Program-made: the position numbers and the translations under genes
Origin: Methanomassiliicoccales archaeon
GTDB taxonomy: Archaea > Thermoplasmatota > Thermoplasmata > Methanomassiliicoccales > UBA472
NCBI GenBank assembly: GCA_028682895.1
Contig: JAJRAK010000057.1
Coordinates: 48,778 to 112,777, forward strand
Reading direction: 5' to 3'
DNA length: 64,000 bases
Part shown: positions 44,891-52,476 of the stretch, one piece after another
How positions within the stretch are numbered: position 1 is the stretch's first letter
Layout: the number at the start of each line of letters is the position of its first letter
The notes under the pieces: generated by a model
The model's database searches: none
The model's input: only the letters and a program-made list of their open reading frames with translations
What the model was told of the DNA's origin: nothing

Positions 44891-46999
44891 CTAAGAGGTT
44901 TGAGCCTCCTTTTCACTGGCCTTCCGGGTCTCCTCCGCGGCCACCTTCTGCGTCAGATAGAGGGTCAGGACCTCTCCCAGGTTCCCGCTCTCACCGTTAC
45001 CGGAGACGAGCGTGTCCGGGACGATCTTGATCTTCCCTTGTGCGATAGCTTCGATGATCTTCAGCCGGGTGATGTTCTCCCTGCCCATGGCCTCGACCTG
45101 AGCACGGAACGCATCGGCCATTCCTTCTCCGACCGCCTTCTGGGAGTACGCCTCGGACTCACCGACGTTCCTGATACGGGACGCCTCCGCCTCACCGAGG
45201 TACTTGACCTTCGATGCGTCCGCCTTTCCGGTCATCTCGGTCTTCACCGCCTCCGCCTCACCCATGTACCGGACCCTCATCGCGTCCGCCTTTCCGGTCA
45301 TCTCGGTCTTAGCGGCCTCGGCCTCGGCGATGGACTTTATCTTCAGTGCCTCACCTTCGGCCATCTTCTGCAGCTTGTAGCTCTCCCCTTCGGCCAGGAT
45401 CATGTTGTATGCTTTGTCCCCTTCCGCGGTCTTCCTTCTCGCGTCGGCCCTGCTCTGCTCGATCTCGATGGATAGCTTCGCGGCCATGACCTCGCCCTGC
45501 TTGTCGGCCTGAGCGGTCTTGGAGATGACGTCCTTCCTCATCTCCTGAGCCTCTGCCTGCTTCTGGAACTGGGCCAGCTGCTGTTCCGCGATCTCCTTGT
45601 CCGTCTGGGTCTTCATCAGCTCCGGCGGGGCCAGTATATAGGACACCAGCAGGTTCTGGGCCTCGACGTGGTACTTGTCGAACTCCAACCTGGCCGTGTT
45701 CAATGCCTCCTCCTGCAGCCTGGTCCTGCTCTTGATGAACTCGATGGCCTTCTCGTTACCGGCCTTGTTACGGAAGGATGAATCGATCAATGGGTGGACG
45801 ATCTGCTGGATCAGGTTCTCGACCGAACCGAACCTGGCGATGACGAAGGGCGCGTTCTCCGGCCGGATGCGGATGATCATCCTCACGTCCACGTCCAACG
45901 TGAACGCGTCAGAGCTGGTGACCTTTAATTGGCTGAACTTGAAGAAGTCGTCCCCCTTCTGGCTCTTGTCCGAGTCGCCCTTCGCGGACATCTCGGCGGC
46001 CCAATCGATGGTGATGGCGCTGGTCGGCACCAGGTACGGTGTGAAGGCCAGCGGGTTCAGGTTGTACTTTCCCGGGGCTACCGGCTCCCTCCATATCCCG
46101 CGGACGTTCTTGTCGGTGATGAGCAGCGTCTCCGCATCCTCGTGCACCGGCGTCGCGATGTCGTCCGATCCGGTATTGCGGCTGGGGAATCCTTCCTTGG
46201 ACTCCAGCTCCACGCCTATATTGGACCGGATGACCGCCACGTACCCGGGGGGCACCTCCTGGATCTTAACTGGCTTGACCGAGAACAAAAGGGGATTGAT
46301 GTAATACACCCCGGGCTGAAGCGATTCCTGCTGCGTCCCTCTGAATCCGCCGGAGTCTAGGAACGCCTGCCCGTCCGTGAAGTGCTTGTGGGTCTTTGCG
46401 TTCAAAAATTTTTCAGAGGTCACCTCGGACGGCGTCGGTGCGATCAGGTAACCTGAAGGAAGCGACTGACCGTCCTCTGCTATGACGACACCTATCATCT
46501 CCGCATCGATCTTGGTCGCCTTGCTAACGGTGACCATGAACGCGCTGGTGTTGATACGGTATACACCGGGCCTTAGTATCGCGACCTGCGGCCCCTTCAT
46601 CCCGCCGTTCTGCAGGAACATCTTGGCGTCCTGGAAGTTGTTGCTCTCGATCTCGTCACCCAGGACCCGGCCTTTCTGCATCGGCCTGCCATCAATAGCA
46701 TTGACCACGCCTATCGAGTCCGGTCCGATGAAGACCACGTTGACCTTCTCGATGGTCCATATGAACGGCATCCTCCAATAGAGACCGGGCATCAACGTGT
46801 CCGCCTGGATACCTACCTCGCCATCAAGAGCGATTATGTGTCCCTGTGGCATGGTCTTTCCGAACATCTTCTTTCGCTTGATCCCTACCTGGTCATCTTG
46901 AATGAGATACAATCCAGCGTAGACAAAAAAGGCAGCCACTACTATTGCTATTACGCTCACGATGAACAGCGCATCTGTTAGAAATCCTAAACCAGACAT
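44891..46999 (-). CDS. Flotillin-like SPFH/Band-7 domain membrane protein (702 aa)
   Basis: An N-terminal TM segment (FIVSVIAIVVAAFFVYAGLYLI) is followed by extended SPFH-like domains. A long Ala/Glu-rich coiled coil carries EA repeats (AEAQEMRK..., GEAEAVKTEMTGKADA...), as in bacterial flotillins. Confidence 0.75.
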   Translation of the reverse strand: MSGLGFLTDALFIVSVIAIVVAAFFVYAGLYLIQDDQVGIKRKKMFGKTMPQGHIIALDGEVGIQADTLMPGLYWRMPFIWTIEKVNVVFIGPDSIGVVNAIDGRPMQKGRVLGDEIESNNFQDAKMFLQNGGMKGPQVAILRPGVYRINTSAFMVTVSKATKIDAEMIGVVIAEDGQSLPSGYLIAPTPSEVTSEKFLNAKTHKHFTDGQAFLDSGGFRGTQQESLQPGVYYINPLLFSVKPVKIQEVPPGYVAVIRSNIGVELESKEGFPSRNTGSDDIATPVHEDAETLLITDKNVRGIWREPVAPGKYNLNPLAFTPYLVPTSAITIDWAAEMSAKGDSDKSQKGDDFFKFSQLKVTSSDAFTLDVDVRMIIRIRPENAPFVIARFGSVENLIQQIVHPLIDSSFRNKAGNEKAIEFIKSRTRLQEEALNTARLEFDKYHVEAQNLLVSYILAPPELMKTQTDKEIAEQQLAQFQKQAEAQEMRKDVISKTAQADKQGEVMAAKLSIEIEQSRADARRKTAEGDKAYNMILAEGESYKLQKMAEGEALKIKSIAEAEAAKTEMTGKADAMRVRYMGEAEAVKTEMTGKADASKVKYLGEAEASRIRNVGESEAYSQKAVGEGMADAFRAQVEAMGRENITRLKIIEAIAQGKIKIVPDTLVSGNGESGNLGEVLTLYLTQKVAAEETRKASEKEAQTS
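45183..45314 (-). repeat. Tandem 66-nt (22-codon) duplication inside the flotillin coiled-coil region
   Basis: Unit 45183-45248 and unit 45249-45314 share an identical first 14 nt and an identical 29-nt block (gcgtccgcctttccggtcatctcggtctt). They encode ...EMTGKADAMRVRYMGEAEAVKT / EMTGKADASKVKYLGEAEA.... A more diverged third copy lies just to the left. Confidence 0.8.
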
Positions 47000-47204
47000 T
47001 TTGACCTCCCCCGCCGCGATATTTTTTTATCATATATTTATAATAAATCCCAGTGACTTTTTAATAAAAAATAATATATTAATTGATGTTGATTAATTTC
47101 AATGGAGCACTTTCACGCATATCCAGTAAAATATTTGTATGTGTTAATAAAATAAAAATTGCATTAAAACTTTTATTGTATGATACGAAGGACGAGTCGG
47201 AGCT

Positions 47205-47942
47205 CTATGCTATCATCCTTACCGCGAACCTATCATCGCGGGCGGTTAGATCGAGAGCTTCTTCACTGGTCAGATGTGATTTCGCCACGTTCTTGAGATG
47301 CTTACGACATGCCTTGACCACTGCCGTCATCTGTTCGTCCGTGGGGCGGGAATAAGTCTGCCCTGGAACTGGGATGTACCCCATGATGTGGAATGGGATG
47401 TTGACGTCTATGCTTGCTATCCACTCGGCCAGCGACTCGATCTGATCTGTGTCCACATATCCTGGGATGTAGACGATGTTGGCCTTCATCCTCATGCCGG
47501 AACATACCGCTGCCTCGAAATTCTGATAGATCAGTTCCTTTGGCCTTCCAGTGTAGTCCAGGTGCACCTGTTCGTCCCAAGCCTTGATGCCGACGTTCGC
47601 GCCATCGAGATTAGGAATGGGCAATTGACTGCCGTTGGTATGCCCCAGGAAGGTCGCGGCGCCAATCTCGTTCTTAATGAACTCGAGCATCTCAGGCAGT
47701 TCCTTTGAGCAGGTCGGTTCTCCTCCCATGAAATATACCGTATCGACCGACACGGACTGAAGTGCCTTCTTCATCTCAGGTACGGTCAAGAACCGCTTGG
47801 GTTTGGGATATGACAGTCCCGGGGTCCCATTCGCACCACTGCGCAGTTTGTAGCTACATATGGCACAACGGAAAGTGCAGCCATAGTTGTGAAGCGTAGC
47901 AAAACGATATTTTTCGTTGTATGTGATGCTGTGGAATGACAT
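47205..47942 (-). CDS. Radical SAM protein (small, activating-enzyme-like)
   Basis: 245 aa with the CxxxCxxC cluster motif (GCTFRCAICSY) near the N-terminus and a GGEP SAM-binding motif (VYFMGGEPT). I cannot assign a subfamily. Confidence 0.7.
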   Translation of the reverse strand: MSFHSITYNEKYRFATLHNYGCTFRCAICSYKLRSGANGTPGLSYPKPKRFLTVPEMKKALQSVSVDTVYFMGGEPTCSKELPEMLEFIKNEIGAATFLGHTNGSQLPIPNLDGANVGIKAWDEQVHLDYTGRPKELIYQNFEAAVCSGMRMKANIVYIPGYVDTDQIESLAEWIASIDVNIPFHIMGYIPVPGQTYSRPTDEQMTAVVKACRKHLKNVAKSHLTSEEALDLTARDDRFAVRMIA

Positions 47943-48127
47943 GTACTTCCCCTGAAAATTTATTATTTACAGTTGAAATAGATCTTATGGAAAATGTGAG
48001 TAGGAAGAAAAATATAAAAATGTTACGAAAACAAAAACCAGATTGCCATATAGAAAAAGGATTCTGGAAGTTGCCTTGAGCTGGCATCGCGCATGCGTTT
48101 ATGGTTATGTCCGATCGGTATGATCGC

Positions 48128-49219
48128 TCATTTTTTCTTTCGAGCCTTACCGATCGCGTCCGCAGCTAGCATAGCATCGAGCACTTTTTTGGGTGATATC
48201 GCACCTGCCTCGTGATGGATCGGCTGACCGGGGGCGCATGCTCTTTCCGCCGCGATCATCACCCTTTCTCTGCTGGCGTCTTTCAGCCCGATGTCCGCCA
48301 GCGTGGTCGGAAGGCCGACCTTCTCGCAGAATGAGCATACGGCCTCGATCTCCTCAGATGGGGCTTTTGTGAGCTGGAGTCCGGCCAGCACGCCGAAGGC
48401 GACCTTCTCGCCGTGGTAGAAAGAGTGGGTCTCCTCCAATGCGGTCAGACCGTTATGGATGGAATGGGCCGATGCCAATCCAGCACTTTCGAACCCCAGC
48501 CCGCTCAGCAGTATGTTCGCCTCGACGATGCGATCGAATGCGTTCGTCACAACCCTGTTCTCGCTGTCGACCTTGGCCTTTGCACCGTGCTCCATCAACG
48601 TCTCAAAACATAGTTTGGCGATGTGAAGTCCCGCCGCGGTGCCATATCCACCGCACTCGTTCGCCGAGTGCGTTGCCTCGCATGACCGAGCCTCGAACCA
48701 TGTTGATAGCGCGTCCCCCATGCCGGCCACTAGGAAACGTGTCGGCGCCGCCACGATTATGTTCAGATCTACCAGTACCGCCGCTGGGTTCATCTTCTGA
48801 TAGTATACCGATTCGAACGTTCCTTCGTTCGAGTACAATACTGCGCATCCGCTGCACGGTGCATCGGTGGAAGCGATGGTGGGGACGACCATCACAGGTA
48901 TGCCCATCATATCAGCGGCTATCTTCGCCGTGTCGATGGTCTTGCCGCCCCCCATGCCGACCAGCACCTTGACCTTCTTTTCATGGATGATCTTCGATAT
49001 CCGAGCTATCTCATCTTTACAGCACTCACCGCGGAACGGTTCAGTGTTGATATTATGAGAATTCAGGTCCAGACCACATTCGGGAAGCACCTTTTGGATC
49101 ACCGTGGGAGAGGCCAATATTAGCCCCTGTCCACCGAGCAGATCGACCAGTGATGGCAGTTCACCGATTGCTCCGACGCCTTGAATGTACTTACCGGGAA
49201 AGACCGCCTTCTTGAACAT
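48128..49219 (-). CDS. gldA: Glycerol dehydrogenase (iron/zinc-containing ADH family III)
   Basis: 363 aa, close along its whole length to E. coli GldA as I remember it. Matching stretches are PGKYIQG, GMGGGKTIDTAKIAA, PTIASTDAPCS, AGMGDALSTWFEARSC, HSIHNGLTAL and FYHGEKVAFG. Confidence 0.85.
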   Translation of the reverse strand: MFKKAVFPGKYIQGVGAIGELPSLVDLLGGQGLILASPTVIQKVLPECGLDLNSHNINTEPFRGECCKDEIARISKIIHEKKVKVLVGMGGGKTIDTAKIAADMMGIPVMVVPTIASTDAPCSGCAVLYSNEGTFESVYYQKMNPAAVLVDLNIIVAAPTRFLVAGMGDALSTWFEARSCEATHSANECGGYGTAAGLHIAKLCFETLMEHGAKAKVDSENRVVTNAFDRIVEANILLSGLGFESAGLASAHSIHNGLTALEETHSFYHGEKVAFGVLAGLQLTKAPSEEIEAVCSFCEKVGLPTTLADIGLKDASRERVMIAAERACAPGQPIHHEAGAISPKKVLDAMLAADAIGKARKKK

Positions 49220-49288
49220 GTGAACACCTGTAATTGCACCATTCTAGTTTATTATTTCAGCCGGACCGTACCCCATGCATATCCAGTA

Positions 49289-50173
49289 TCAGACCTGATG
49301 TATGATGATCAGGCGCCAAGTGATCCCGTGGGAGCCTACGGTCGTCCAGTAGCACTCCTTGTCCACTACCGTATCATCGCCGAGGCTGATCAGATAGGAG
49401 TATGTGCCGTGACCGGTAGACTCGTTGACCAGTCTCCGACCGATATCCTGGACCTCTGGATAGTCCACATAATCGGTGATGAGGTTCATTCCGATCTGTG
49501 CTGTGTCCGTATCATAGATATCGGTCCCGTCCAGTTGAGCACAGAAGAATGCGAACTCAGTTCCCTCCAGGAGATGAGGGAGCGTCCCGTTCATCAGCGC
49601 TGATGCGGAGAACAAAGCGCTGACAGCGCCGATGAACTGGCCATCTGCGTCGAAGACCGGGGCAGCGAACACCGCGCCTGTCTCGCCCTCGGTCGATGAG
49701 AACACCTCGCTCATGACCGGCATCTTTGTCGTAAGCAGCTTGACGACGGTCTCCTGCGCGCTCAGGTTCGTCCCTTCCAGGGATCTGCACGCCTCTGGTT
49801 CCGCGGCCATCACCATACCGTTGATGTCATAGGTGATGATGTCCAGGATGTACGCGTTGGACTCGAGCGCTGCGATGAGCTTCGCCCTTACTTGAGTACC
49901 GTTCAGACCCAGGGTCGAGATGTTCATGCTGACGTTCGATACGAGGGCGTCGACCTTCTTGATCTGGCCTTGCACGGCCATCTGCGCCTTGCTGAGGACC
50001 TCGTTCATCTGCAGTCGCGTCGAGGCGGACGATCCATCCTGGTCGAGCCGTGCGTTATCCGAATAGAGCAATACGGAGACCGTGGCCGAGACGAGGAGAA
50101 GGACGAGCAGCAGAGCGATAGGTCGGTCGAGGCGCATCTTCATGGCGGCCGGATGGGCCGAAAAGGTATTCAA
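49289..50173 (-). CDS. Membrane-anchored extracytoplasmic double-Cache-like sensor domain protein with no output domain
   Basis: An N-terminal anchor (RPIALLLVLLLVSATVSVLLY) is followed by about 250 aa with two PDC-like halves (...YILDIITYDINGMVMAAEP...GAVFAAPVFDADGQFIGAVSALF... and ...GHGTYSYLISLGDD...ECYWTTVGSHGITWRLIIIH). The assignment rests on pattern only. Confidence 0.5.
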   Translation of the reverse strand: MNTFSAHPAAMKMRLDRPIALLLVLLLVSATVSVLLYSDNARLDQDGSSASTRLQMNEVLSKAQMAVQGQIKKVDALVSNVSMNISTLGLNGTQVRAKLIAALESNAYILDIITYDINGMVMAAEPEACRSLEGTNLSAQETVVKLLTTKMPVMSEVFSSTEGETGAVFAAPVFDADGQFIGAVSALFSASALMNGTLPHLLEGTEFAFFCAQLDGTDIYDTDTAQIGMNLITDYVDYPEVQDIGRRLVNESTGHGTYSYLISLGDDTVVDKECYWTTVGSHGITWRLIIIHQV

Positions 50174-50301
50174 TATTAATGCCTGGATGGCCGACCGTTG
50201 GGTTATTCCCGAGGTCGTATGTATGTAGAATCAAAGTGTGGCAATCGTAACATAACCTTTTTCAGCGAAATTGACGATGCCCTTTGCCAGGTTCCCTACC
50301 A

Positions 50302-51657
50302 ATGACCTCGATCATAGATATGCTGGTCGTCCTGACAGAGATGATCTGCGTCATCATTGTTGTCGCTTATGTCGTGACCCGCACCGAGTTCTTTCATGAT
50401 GCCTTGAAAGGTAAGGTCACTTGGAAGGGCGCCTATTTCATGATCATCCTCTTCGGCCTGCTCTCGATATTCGGCACTTATTCCGGCCTGGACATCCTCG
50501 GTGCGAAGGTGAACGTGCGCGACATCGGACCGATGATCGCGGGCCTGATCGGAGGACCGATCGTCGGACTGGGCGCCGGGCTCATCGGGGGATTGCACCG
50601 GCTCAGCATGGGAGGCATCACGGCTGTGCCATGCTCCATCTCCACCGTGCTCGCTGGCCTGTTCGGCGGGATGATATATCTCAGCGCTCACCGTCGCTTC
50701 GTCGGCATAAAGGGGGCGGTGATATTCGCCGTGCTCATGGAATCGCTCCATATGATCATCAACCTGATCCTGGTGCAGCCCTGGTCGACCGCCTGGTCGA
50801 TCATAAGCAACGTGGCGCTCCCAATGATCTTCGCCAACGCCCTGGGCATGGCCGCCTTTTCGTTCATCGTGTGGAACCACATCCATGAGGAGGAGACGAA
50901 GGATGACAGGGACCGTCTGAACGGTGAACTGCAACGGGAGAAGGCGGAGCTGGAGATGGCCAAGGAGATCCAGCAGAGCATTTTGCCCAAGCATCTGCCT
51001 GAATGGGGCGGCTACTCGATAGCCGCCATGAGCCGCCCGGCGCGGGAGGTCGGGGGCGATTTCTACGACATGTTCCCGATGCAGAACGGGGAACGCACCG
51101 TTATCATCGCCGATGTGTCCGGGAAGGGCATGCCGGCGGCACTGTACATGGCCGTGTCCCGCACGGTCATGCGTGTGGCGGCGGCCTCCACCACCGACAT
51201 AGGCGAGCTGCTGAGCAAGGCCAATGTTGAGCTGGTGAACCAGTCGGACATGGGCATGTTCGTCACCATGTTCGGCATAGAGCTGAACGATGAGGGCGAT
51301 ATCGATTTCGCCAACGCCGGGCATAATCCCCCGATGCGCGTCGGTCCGTCGGGGGTCAGCTTCCTGCCCGAGGGCGGCGTGGCCATGGGCATCACGCCCG
51401 AAGCCGTCCCCTTAGCAGGGAGCATCAGGCTGGATGTCGGAGAGATGATGATACTCTACACGGACGGCGTGACCGATGCTGTTGGACCGAACGGGAAGGA
51501 ACTGGGCGAGGAAGGTTTCAGATCGGCCGTCGTTGGTCTTTCAGGAATGAACGCCAATGACGCCCTGCAGCGGTTGATCGAAGCGATCGATAAGCATACT
51601 GGTACGGAACCTCAGTACGATGATATCACCATAGTGATCGTCAGGAGGGAGGCGTGA
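50302..51657 (+). CDS. Membrane-bound PP2C-family phosphatase (SpoIIE/RsbU type) with N-terminal multi-TM sensor module
   Basis: ATG 50302 is preferred over the TTG 50284 in the track. About 190 aa of TM helices (5TM LytS-type-like) come first. The PP2C motifs follow: AREVGGDFYDMF, IADVSGKGMPAALYMA, FANAGHNPP and LYTDGVTDA. Confidence 0.85.
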   Translation: MTSIIDMLVVLTEMICVIIVVAYVVTRTEFFHDALKGKVTWKGAYFMIILFGLLSIFGTYSGLDILGAKVNVRDIGPMIAGLIGGPIVGLGAGLIGGLHRLSMGGITAVPCSISTVLAGLFGGMIYLSAHRRFVGIKGAVIFAVLMESLHMIINLILVQPWSTAWSIISNVALPMIFANALGMAAFSFIVWNHIHEEETKDDRDRLNGELQREKAELEMAKEIQQSILPKHLPEWGGYSIAAMSRPAREVGGDFYDMFPMQNGERTVIIADVSGKGMPAALYMAVSRTVMRVAAASTTDIGELLSKANVELVNQSDMGMFVTMFGIELNDEGDIDFANAGHNPPMRVGPSGVSFLPEGGVAMGITPEAVPLAGSIRLDVGEMMILYTDGVTDAVGPNGKELGEEGFRSAVVGLSGMNANDALQRLIEAIDKHTGTEPQYDDITIVIVRREA

Positions 51658-51660
51658 GAG

Positions 51661-52098
51661 ATGCCTTCCTGTGAGATCAGATGCACCACCCTGCCCTCGT
51701 CCATACCGGAGGTCCATGATCGTATAGACCGGTACCTGGCGACCATGGACGTTGATGAAGGTCTTTCATCTGACCTGCACGTCGTCATTGACGAGCTGGC
51801 ATCGAACATTGAGAAGTACGCCTATGATGGGCGCCCTGGCATCTACACCGTCCGGATAAGAAGGACGGAATTGTGCCTGGAGATCGAGCTTGAGGATGAA
51901 GGGAAGGAGTTCGATCCCACCGGCGTGGAAGAGACACCTGTCACAGGTGATGTTGACCGTCCTATCGGTCATCTAGGCATCCTGCTGGTCAAGAGGATCG
52001 CCAACGGTCTGAGCTATTCCAGGCATGACGGCATCAATGTCACCGCTGTCGTCATGAGGATCCCGTACAAGAACAACATACATGAGGGAGATCGATGA
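51661..52098 (+). CDS. RsbW/SpoIIAB-type GHKL serine protein kinase (anti-sigma-factor-like)
   Basis: 145 aa. The N-box is VIDELASNIEKYAY, G1 LEDEGKEFDP and G2 IGHLGILLVKRIANG. It starts 3 nt after the phosphatase stop and is preceded by GGAGGGAGG. Confidence 0.8.
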   Translation: MPSCEIRCTTLPSSIPEVHDRIDRYLATMDVDEGLSSDLHVVIDELASNIEKYAYDGRPGIYTVRIRRTELCLEIELEDEGKEFDPTGVEETPVTGDVDRPIGHLGILLVKRIANGLSYSRHDGINVTAVVMRIPYKNNIHEGDR

Positions 52099-52476
52099 TT
52101 TCAGCGAACATCGTCCGGAGGGATTAACATCCAGGTCAAGAACGTTAAGGAAGACAATGTCATAGTTTTAGAACCGGAGGGGAGGATAGACTCCTCGTCG
52201 GTCGGTGTCATGGACGATGCGTTCCGTCAGGCGTTCTCCGATGGAGCGCTGTCCTTGCTGGTGGACATGAGCAGGGTCGAGTACATCAGCAGCGGTGGCC
52301 TGCGCAGCTTCCTTCTGGGCTTCAAAGAGATAAAGAAGAAGGAGGGAAAGATGGTCCTTTGCGCACTGAGCCCCAGCGTCAGCAAGGTGTTCAAGCTCTC
52401 CGGGTTCAACACCATCTTCGACATCGTACCAGGCCGAGAGGATGCCTTGGTCAAATTGCGCCTGGGCTCGCCATGA
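52095..52476 (+). CDS. STAS domain protein (RsbV/SpoIIAA-like anti-anti-sigma factor homologue); 5' end anomalous
   Basis: Frame 1 from 52099 encodes ..GGINIQVKNVKEDNVIVLEPEGRIDSSSVGVMDDAFRQAF...LLVDMSRVEYISSGGLRSFL...KMVLCALSPSVSKVFKLSGF. This aligns with RsbV, including the phosphorylatable Ser context. The only upstream ATG (52095, in an ATGA overlap) is in another frame and hits TAA at 52125. The first in-frame ATG (52210) would delete the first beta strands. Confidence 0.7.

Noticed and set aside
44829-48127. I considered whether the region downstream of tRNA-Glu (flotillin plus radical SAM) is an integrated mobile element.
   Set aside because: No integrase, transposase, capsid or replication gene is present. 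I found no direct repeat of the tRNA 3' end (GGGTTCAAATCCCGGCGGGAGCA). AT-rich spacers alone are insufficient. I kept it only as a low-interest note under the flotillin finding.
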